In this document: in pieces, positions 27,279-32,448 of the stretch
Position numbering within the stretch: the stretch's first letter is position 1
Layout: each line of letters opens with the position of its first letter
From: Actinomycetes bacterium
GTDB lineage: Bacteria; Actinomycetota; Thermoleophilia; BMS3ABIN01
Assembly: GCA_021790075.1 (NCBI GenBank)
Contig: JAJYIN010000001.1
Span: forward strand, 11,172-43,619
DNA length: 32,448 nt
Reading direction: 5' to 3'
Translations under genes and position numbers: made by a program
Notes under the pieces: generated by a model
Told to the model about the DNA's origin: nothing
Seen by the model: the letters and a program-made list of their open reading frames with translations, nothing else
Database searches by the model: none

Positions 27279-27308
27279 TTGACGATACCGGAGGGGGTAT
27301 GGTATATT
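27279..27308 (+). promoter_or_regulatory. Strong sigma-70-type promoter with extended -10, with no downstream plus-strand CDS
   Basis: TTGACG (27279-27284), an 18-nt spacer, then TGgTATATT (TG at 27300-27301, TATATT at 27303-27308). Confidence 0.55.
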
Positions 27309-27313
27309 TCGCA

Positions 27314-27398
27314 TTGGAAGAAAGGTGCCCAAAACCTTTCAACCCCCCACCCCCCTAGTGGAAAGCCCCAGTGCCGGCTAGACTGGGGCTTTTTCTTT
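27314..27398 (+). ncRNA. Candidate small RNA of about 85 nt with a C-rich single-stranded tract
   Basis: Bounded by the promoter above and an intrinsic terminator. 5' hairpin GAAAGGT-GCCCAAA-ACCTTTC (27320-27340), then CCCCCCACCCCCC (27343-27355), then the terminator. Transcribed opposite to both flanking genes. Confidence 0.5.
27364..27398 (+). terminator. Intrinsic terminator (plus-strand oriented; may also serve lepA bidirectionally)
   Basis: AGCCCCAGT-GCCGGCTAG-ACTGGGGCT, a 9-bp stem, followed by TTTTTCTTTGCCTTTTT on the plus strand. On the minus strand only CTTTCC follows. It lies about 70 nt downstream of the lepA stop. Confidence 0.7.
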
Positions 27399-27468
27399 GC
27401 CTTTTTGCGGCGTGATCCCCCGATCCGGAACTGCAACCACTGGCAACGTACACTCCCGGTTTCCCGCC

Positions 27469-29274
27469 TTATTTTTTCTCGATGTCCAGCACCGCCAGGA
27501 ACGCTTTCTGCGGGATCTCGACGCTGCCCACCTGCTTCATCCGCTTCTTGCCTTCCTTTTGCTTCTCCAGCAGCTTGCGCTTGCGGGAAATATCGCCGCC
27601 GTAGCATTTCGCCAGCACATCCTTGCGTTTGGCGGGTATCGTCTCGCGGGCGATCACTTTCTTGCCGATGGCCGCCTGGATGGCCACCTCGAAAAGCTGC
27701 CGCGGTATCTCCTGCTTCAGACGCTCGACCAGCCCCTTGCCCTGATGATAAGCTTTGTCCTTGTGCACGATAAGTGACAATGCATCAACCGGCTCGCCGG
27801 CGATGAGGATGTCCAGTTTGACCAGTTTGCTTTCCCGGTAGCCCGACATCTCGTAATCCAGCGAAGCGTACCCTTTCGTGCGCGACTTGAGCTGATCGAA
27901 GAAATCCAGCACGATTTCGGCCAGGGGCAACTGGTAATGGATCTGCACCCGGTTGGAGGACAGGTACTGCATGTCCTCGAAATCGCCACGGCGCTCCTGG
28001 CAGAGCTCCATCACCGGCCCCACAAAATCGCCGGGAACCAGGATGGAAACCTTCACATAAGGCTCCCGCACCAGGATGATGTCGGCCGGATCGGGCATGT
28101 CCGCCGGACTGCGCACCACCAGCTCCTCACCGCTGCCCAGCTCCACTTCGTATTCGACATTGGGCGAAGTGGCCAGCAGGTCCAGGCCGTATTCACGCTC
28201 GAGGCGCTCGCGGATGATATCCATGTGGAGCAGCCCCAGGAATCCGCAGCGGAAGCCGAAACCGAGCGCCCGCGAACTCTCCGGCTCGTAGCTGAGCGAG
28301 GCGTCGTTCAGCTTCAGCTTGTCGAGGGCGTCCCTGAGCGCCGGGTAATCATCGCCGTCAATGGGAAACAGCCCGCAGAAGACCATCGGCTTGGCCTCGC
28401 GGTAGCCCGGCAGCGCCCGCGCCGCGCGCCTGGCCGCCTGGGTGAGGGTATCGCCCACGCGCAGGTCGCGCACCGTCTTGATGCCGGTGATGATATAGCC
28501 GACCTCTCCCGCCGCCAGCGTGTCAGCCGGCATCATGTTGGGTGAGAAGAAACCCACTTCCTCCACCTCGGCCCGCGTCCCCAGCGCCATGGCAACGATC
28601 TCGTCTCCCTTGTGAAAAGCGCCGTCCACCACCCGCACGAAGGCGATCACGCCCCGGTACTGGTCATATACCGAATCAAAGATGAGCGCCCGGGCGGGAG
28701 AGCCGGGATCGCCCGCCGGCGGCGGGATACGGCTGATGATCGACTCCAGCACCTCGGTCACGCCCTCCCCGGTCTTGGCGGAAACACGCAGCACTTCATC
28801 CGGGTCGAGACCGAAAAGCTCGGACACCTCCCCCGCCACCCGCTCGGGGTCAGCGGCCGGCAGATCGATCTTGTTGAGGACCGGCACAATCTCCAGGTTG
28901 TTATCAAGGGCCAGATATGTGTTAGCCAGCGTCTGCGCCTGGATTCCCTGTGAGGCGTCCACGACCAGCAGCGCCCCTTCACAGGCCGCCAGGCTGCGGG
29001 AGACCTCATAGCAGAAGTCCACATGTCCCGGAGTGTCAATCAGGTGCAGCATGTAGGTGTGGCCGTCGCCAGCCTGGTAGAGCACCCGCGCCGCCTGGGC
29101 CTTGATGGTGATGCCGCGCTCCTGCTCCAGGTCCATCATGTCAAGCATCTGGGAAGTGATCTCGCGGCCGCTCACCGTGTTGGTGATCTCCAGGATGCGG
29201 TCGGCCAGCGTCGACTTCCCGTGGTCGATATGGGCGATGATGGAAAAGTTACGGATGAGAGATTGATCAGACAT
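27469..29274 (-). CDS. lepA: Translation elongation factor 4 (LepA)
   Basis: 601 aa. [28 protein letters not shown] and NKIDL motifs, with the LepA-specific C-terminal domain. Confidence 0.96.
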   Translation of the reverse strand: MSDQSLIRNFSIIAHIDHGKSTLADRILEITNTVSGREITSQMLDMMDLEQERGITIKAQAARVLYQAGDGHTYMLHLIDTPGHVDFCYEVSRSLAACEGALLVVDASQGIQAQTLANTYLALDNNLEIVPVLNKIDLPAADPERVAGEVSELFGLDPDEVLRVSAKTGEGVTEVLESIISRIPPPAGDPGSPARALIFDSVYDQYRGVIAFVRVVDGAFHKGDEIVAMALGTRAEVEEVGFFSPNMMPADTLAAGEVGYIITGIKTVRDLRVGDTLTQAARRAARALPGYREAKPMVFCGLFPIDGDDYPALRDALDKLKLNDASLSYEPESSRALGFGFRCGFLGLLHMDIIRERLEREYGLDLLATSPNVEYEVELGSGEELVVRSPADMPDPADIILVREPYVKVSILVPGDFVGPVMELCQERRGDFEDMQYLSSNRVQIHYQLPLAEIVLDFFDQLKSRTKGYASLDYEMSGYRESKLVKLDILIAGEPVDALSLIVHKDKAYHQGKGLVERLKQEIPRQLFEVAIQAAIGKKVIARETIPAKRKDVLAKCYGGDISRKRKLLEKQKEGKKRMKQVGSVEIPQKAFLAVLDIEKK

Positions 29275-29331
29275 AAAATATAGATTACCAGATTGCCGCG
29301 GGACCTAGCCCGCGCAAACAATCCGGCTCCC

Positions 29332-30921
29332 TTATTCCACCTTTTCCTTCCTGATCTTTTTCAGCAGCTGCAGCTCCGGCAGCTTGAGCAGCCACGCCAG
29401 GCCCACGAAAACCGCCGCCGCCGCCGCCGCCGCGCCGCCCAGGGAAAGGAGCTGCCCTCCGAGGCCCCGGCCGAGCAGAGCGTCCAGTGGATACCAGACC
29501 GCGTAGGCAACAACCGCCACCACCACCGAAATCAGGCCGACGGTAATGCCGGAGCGGGCGATGTCGCGGCCGTTCACCCGCGCCAGCTCGCGCCGGAGCA
29601 GGAACAGCAACACAAAGAAGGTGACCACCGAGACCACCGAAGTGGAAAGCGCGATGCCACCCAGCCCGAAAAACTTGATGAGCAGCCAGTTGAGGAAAGC
29701 ATTGACGCCCAGGTTGACGATGGCCACGCTGGTAGGCAGCCACGGGCGGCTCAGGGAAAAGAAGCTGCGGGTCAGCAAGGCGCAGCCGCCGCTAAAGGCA
29801 CTGCCAAAGGCGAAGAAGAACAGGGCCGAAGCCACCAGGCTGGTGGAGTCGGCGCTGAACTGGCCGTGCTGGTAGGCCAGGCGCACCAGCGGCTGGGCCA
29901 TCACCAGCATGAACGCCGACGCCGGTATCAGCAGGAAGAAGATCGACCTGAGGCCAAGTGACACCGTCGAGCGGAACCGGTCCCGGTCGTGGCGCGCCGC
30001 CAGCTTCGACAGGGTCGGGAACAGAACCGTCCCCACGGCGATGGCGAACAGCGACTCCGGCAGCTGGTAGAGGCGGAAGGCGAAGTTCATCGCCGCCACC
30101 CCTCCTTCCCCCAGGAAGGAAGCAAACTGGATGTCGACGACGCCGTTTAGGTTGATGAGGCCAAGGCTGAGGCTGACCGGCAGCATCAGCGCCCCCACCT
30201 TGCGCACGTGCGGGTTGCGCCAGGCCAGGCTGAAGCCGAGCCGCCCGCCCCTCCCCCTCAGCCAGGGAAGCTGCATCACCAGCTGCACCACAGTCCCCAT
30301 CAAAACGCCCCAGGCCAGCGAATAGATTCCCAGGCGGCTGCTGCCCAGCAGCATTGCCAGCAGGATGACCACGTTCCAGGCGATTGGCGCCACCGCCGGC
30401 AGGGTGAAATGGTCGTATGAGTTCAGGATGGCGATGACCACGCCGGTGATGGAGAGCATCACCACGGTAGGGAAGAGCAGCCGTGACATGTTGACGATGT
30501 CGGTCATCATGCCGGGGTCGTTGCGGTAACCGGGCGCGAACACCGGCATGATCTGGGGCGCGAAGATGATGCACAGAACCACAAGCGCGCCCAGGATCAA
30601 CGTGACCAGGGTGAATACCGTACGCGCCACCAGCCAGGCCTCACGGCGCTGCTCCTTTTCGAGGAGGCCGGCGAAGACGGGGATGAGCGCGGCGCTGAGG
30701 GCCGCCTGGGCCACCAGGACCTGGACCGTGGACGGCACCAGAAAGGCCACGTCAAAGGCGCTCTTTTCCGCGCCCGCGCCGAACAGGGCCGCCGCCACGA
30801 TCTCGCGGACGTAGCCAAACCCCCGTGACGCCGCCGTGCCAGCGATGACTATCATGGCTGCCGCGGCCAGCCGGCGGCCGTGGGAAACCGGTTCGACTTC
30901 ACTTATGGGGGTGGCGGACAA
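29332..30921 (-). CDS. murJ: Lipid II flippase MurJ (MviN family)
   Basis: 529 aa, about 14 TM helices. N-terminal SRGFGYVREIVAAALFGAG...DAF.VAF signature. TTG start after GAGGAAGAGAGAA (alternative internal ATG 22 codons downstream). Confidence 0.88.
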   Translation of the reverse strand: MSATPISEVEPVSHGRRLAAAAMIVIAGTAASRGFGYVREIVAAALFGAGAEKSAFDVAFLVPSTVQVLVAQAALSAALIPVFAGLLEKEQRREAWLVARTVFTLVTLILGALVVLCIIFAPQIMPVFAPGYRNDPGMMTDIVNMSRLLFPTVVMLSITGVVIAILNSYDHFTLPAVAPIAWNVVILLAMLLGSSRLGIYSLAWGVLMGTVVQLVMQLPWLRGRGGRLGFSLAWRNPHVRKVGALMLPVSLSLGLINLNGVVDIQFASFLGEGGVAAMNFAFRLYQLPESLFAIAVGTVLFPTLSKLAARHDRDRFRSTVSLGLRSIFFLLIPASAFMLVMAQPLVRLAYQHGQFSADSTSLVASALFFFAFGSAFSGGCALLTRSFFSLSRPWLPTSVAIVNLGVNAFLNWLLIKFFGLGGIALSTSVVSVVTFFVLLFLLRRELARVNGRDIARSGITVGLISVVVAVVAYAVWYPLDALLGRGLGGQLLSLGGAAAAAAAVFVGLAWLLKLPELQLLKKIRKEKVE

Positions 30922-31050
30922 GCGTTCTCTCTTCCTCTATCAAGCCGGGAACCTTTTCTGCGTCTTTCCCGGCGTTCCTTTCCCAACGGCGCCGGCCCAG
31001 GCGCCAGGCCGCTGATACCGGCGGCGCCGCCGGTATCGATCAGAATCAAT

Positions 31051-31079
31051 GTTTACGAATTCCGGCGCCAGAGCTATAA
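31051..31079 (+). promoter_or_regulatory. Candidate promoter for the TSUP-gene leader
   Basis: TTTACG (31051-31056), a 17-nt spacer, then TATAAT (31074-31079). Confidence 0.5.
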
Positions 31080-31085
31080 TATAAG

Positions 31086-31182
31086 TGAGCCCCAAGATAA
31101 GAGATGGGCTGAAACTCCTTCCGGCAGTTTAACCGGAATTGACTTTTCAAGTTCAGGCCGTCAGCAACCCTCACTTGGGGCT
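31086..31182 (+). promoter_or_regulatory. Structured 5' leader RNA of about 97 nt, unknown class (candidate cis-regulatory element)
   Basis: 10-bp closing helix GAGCCCCAAG (31086-31095) / CTTGGGGCTC (31173-31182). It encloses CTGAA/TTCAG (31108-31112 / 31151-31155), hairpin TTCCGG-CAGTTTAA-CCGGAA (31118-31137) and TTGA-CTTT-TCAA. It starts at the predicted TSS and lies 118 nt upstream of the TSUP ATG. Confidence 0.4.
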
Positions 31183-31299
31183 CTTGGCTTGCGATCTTTC
31201 TTCCTGGTTGTTCTCTTTTCCTGGCCGCCCGCCTGCGGCGGAATCCCTCTCTTTCATCCCATGCTTGGGAAAAAATGCCTCCTGTTTTACAATCCACGC

Positions 31300-32043
31300 A
31301 TGATTTCCGCAGCTACGCTCGTTCCCTGCATCGCCATCGTCCTGTGCGCTTCCCTCGTCCAGGGGGCGGCCGCTTTCGGCTCCGCCCTGGTGGCCATGCC
31401 TTTCCTGGCGATGATCATGCCTGCCCGCGACGCGGTTGCGCTGAGCCTCATGATGGGCGTCATCCTCAACCTGATGACCATCGGTGACGAACGCCGCAGC
31501 ATTGCCTGGCGGCAGATCGCTGTGCTGTTGCCGGCCCTGGCTATCGGCATCGGCGCCGGAACCCTTATCCTCAAAAGCATCGACGGCCCGGCATTCAAGA
31601 TGCTCCTGTCGCTCGTATTCCTGACGATGACTTTGGCTATGCTGGCAAGCAGTTCCCTCAAAGTCAAACCGGGCCCCGTAACCGCCCAGGCTGCCGGGGC
31701 TATCAGCGGCCTGCTGACCGGCTCCACCAGCATGGGCGGGCCGCCGCTGGTGCTCTACTTGACCGGCCGCGGGCTGGCCAAATCCGCTCTAAAGGGAACG
31801 CTGGCGGCCCTTTTCCTGCTGGGGAACCTGTTCGCGCTGGCCTCCCTGCTGGGAGCCCACGTCGTTGCGGGCGGCGCCGCGGCGGTCACCTTGCCGCTGG
31901 GCGCCGTCATGGTGCCGGGTTACCTGGCAGGCCGGCGCCTGACCTCGAGGCTGGATTCCGAAGTCTTCCGCCGCCTGGTGCTTATCGCCCTGGCGCTGGC
32001 GGCCCTTCTGGAAATCGGGCTCAGCGCTGCTGCTCTCGTCTGA
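31300..32043 (+). CDS. TSUP/TauE-SafE family (DUF81) anion permease
   Basis: 247 aa from ATG 31300 (alternative ATG at 31261). About 8 TM helices. Internal repeat-type motifs VQGAAAFGSALVAMPFL and GSTSMGGPPLVLYL are typical of DUF81. The upstream part of the 387-aa track ORF is non-coding leader. Confidence 0.75.
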   Translation: MISAATLVPCIAIVLCASLVQGAAAFGSALVAMPFLAMIMPARDAVALSLMMGVILNLMTIGDERRSIAWRQIAVLLPALAIGIGAGTLILKSIDGPAFKMLLSLVFLTMTLAMLASSSLKVKPGPVTAQAAGAISGLLTGSTSMGGPPLVLYLTGRGLAKSALKGTLAALFLLGNLFALASLLGAHVVAGGAAAVTLPLGAVMVPGYLAGRRLTSRLDSEVFRRLVLIALALAALLEIGLSAAALV

Positions 32044-32085
32044 GCCTCCAAGTCGCCAAGCCGTTTTTTCAGGAAGATCACCCAG

Positions 32086-32114
32086 TTAAACAAAGCGCGC
32101 GGGCGGGCGATAAT
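32086..32114 (+). promoter_or_regulatory. Candidate promoter for a stand-alone structured RNA
   Basis: TTAAAC (32086-32091), a 17-nt spacer, then GATAAT (32109-32114). The -10 region ATAATATAA is identical to that at 31075-31083. Confidence 0.4.
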
Positions 32115-32120
32115 ATAATA

Positions 32121-32301
32121 CAGAGCCCCGAGAGGTCGTAGGTCGGGCCAATGGAAAGCTCCAGGCGGTGGAGGAAGCGCGGTAAGGGAACCGCAAAGTA
32201 CGATGAAGCCGTTTGGGGAGCAGGTGTGGGTCCAGAGGCCGGAGACTGAAAATCACTCGGGGCCTTTCTTTTTCCGGAGCCGGGCAACCGCCCGGCTCTT
32301 T
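32121..32301 (+). ncRNA. Candidate structured ncRNA of about 180 nt, unknown class
   Basis: Long-range helix GCCCCGAG (32125-32132) / CTCGGGGC (32256-32263). Inner helix TCGTA/TACGA (32136-32140 / 32199-32203) encloses hairpins CTCCA-GGCGG-TGGAG (32159-32173) and GCGGT-AAGGGA-ACCGC (32179-32194). It ends at a terminator. No plus-strand CDS follows. Confidence 0.4.
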
Positions 32302-32303
32302 CT
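32277..32303 (+). terminator. Intrinsic terminator hairpin between convergent transcripts
   Basis: GAGCCGGGC-AACC-GCCCGGCTC, a perfect 9-bp stem, followed by TTTCT on the plus strand. On the minus strand it lies 9 nt after the stop at 32307 but is followed by an A-rich tract. Confidence 0.6.
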
Positions 32304-32306
32304 AGT

Positions 32307-32448
32307 TTACCCTGACGGAGAGGCTCCCGTGGCCTTTTGCATCTGGTTCAGGGTATCCTGCAGCGCCTTGAGCTCGCTGCCGTAGGTGGCCCAGTCGCCC
32401 TGTTTCTGGGCGTTGACGGCATTATTGTAATGCTGCACAGCCGCCTTG
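32307..32448 (-). CDS. 3' end of a CDS running off the window (C-terminus ...KAAVQHYNNAVNAQKQGDWATYGSELKALQDTLNQMQKATGASPSG); possibly UPF0182-family
   Basis: Open minus-strand frame from the window edge to TAA at 32307-32309. GC-rich third positions match the neighbouring genes. The GDW..Y helical tail resembles the UPF0182 C-terminus from memory only. Confidence 0.5.
   Translation of the reverse strand, partial: KAAVQHYNNAVNAQKQGDWATYGSELKALQDTLNQMQKATGASPSG

Noticed and set aside
27141-27773. 210-aa plus-strand ORF spanning the lepA-cyclase spacer and running antisense into lepA
   Set aside because: It crosses a promoter, a strong terminator and the lepA 3' end. It shows no codon-bias shift consistent with coding, no RBS and no motifs.
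30880-31299. N-terminal 140 aa of the 387-aa ORF leading into the TSUP gene
   Set aside because: It overlaps the murJ 5' end and the AT-rich promoter/leader region. It has no TM or family signal. TSUP proteins are about 250 aa, so the start was moved to 31300 (or 31261).
32121-32301. Assignment of the 180-nt RNA to cobalamin, SAM-I/IV, Moco, SRP, 6S or RNase P classes
   Set aside because: There are partial resemblances only: AGGCCGGAGAC to the B12 box and GCGGTAAGG to the btuB leader. The order of core elements is wrong, with GGTG before GGGAA. The hallmark GCCACTG, GAGGGA, GGUCCGGAAGGAAGCAGCC and GAGGAAAGUCCGGGC motifs are all absent.
1-32448. CRISPR arrays, tRNA/rRNA genes, transposases, toxin-antitoxin pairs and known defence-system genes
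   Set aside because: I scanned both strands by eye. I found no repeat-spacer periodicity, no tRNA-like T-arm (the GGGGCGAATCC at about 6712 belongs to the riboswitch), and no ORF with such signatures.

Overview
High-GC bacterial chromosomal segment. Sampled 60-nt lines give 40/60 G+C at 9301 and 45/60 at 7441. The minus-strand gene order dapB-dapA-rnj-ftsK looks like Actinomycetota synteny (inference). I found no rRNA, tRNA, CRISPR array, transposase or integrase.

Contents, left to right:
1. A plus-strand [NiFe]-hydrogenase maturation operon, hypA-hypB-hypA'-hypF-hypC-hypD-hypE (16-6531). It has two HypA paralogs, and neither carries the canonical Met-His-Glu nickel site.
2. A complete c-di-AMP (ydaO/kimA-class) riboswitch unit: promoter, aptamer, mutually exclusive anti-terminator and terminator, then a KimA-type K+ importer (6620-8714).
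3. A long minus-strand block: lipoprotein HtrA protease; a markedly lower-GC island of three polytopic GT-C-type glycosyltransferase genes (two tandem DUF2723/TMEM260-like paralogs plus one PMT/TMTC-like; 25/60, 31/60 and 30/60 G+C in sampled lines); ftsK; rnj; dapA; dapB; polyprenyl diphosphate synthase; ubiE/menG; ubiX; a DUF72 gene; a membrane GAF-GAF-GGDEF diguanylate cyclase with a 7-Cys 'two-CW'-like module; lepA; murJ.
4. A plus-strand TSUP/TauE-family permease and the 3' end of a minus-strand gene at the window edge.

Most interesting items:
- The GT-C-only low-GC island, next to an HtrA with a Thr/Pro-rich linker.
- An orphan promoter-terminator pair that would give a roughly 85-nt C-rich sRNA (27279-27398).
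- Two promoter-proximal structured RNAs flanking the TSUP gene that share a -10 plus 5'-stem motif.
- The cysteine-rich sensor module.
- The His2-less HypA pair.

The many long ORFs antisense to or overlapping these genes are GC-rich shadow ORFs and were rejected.
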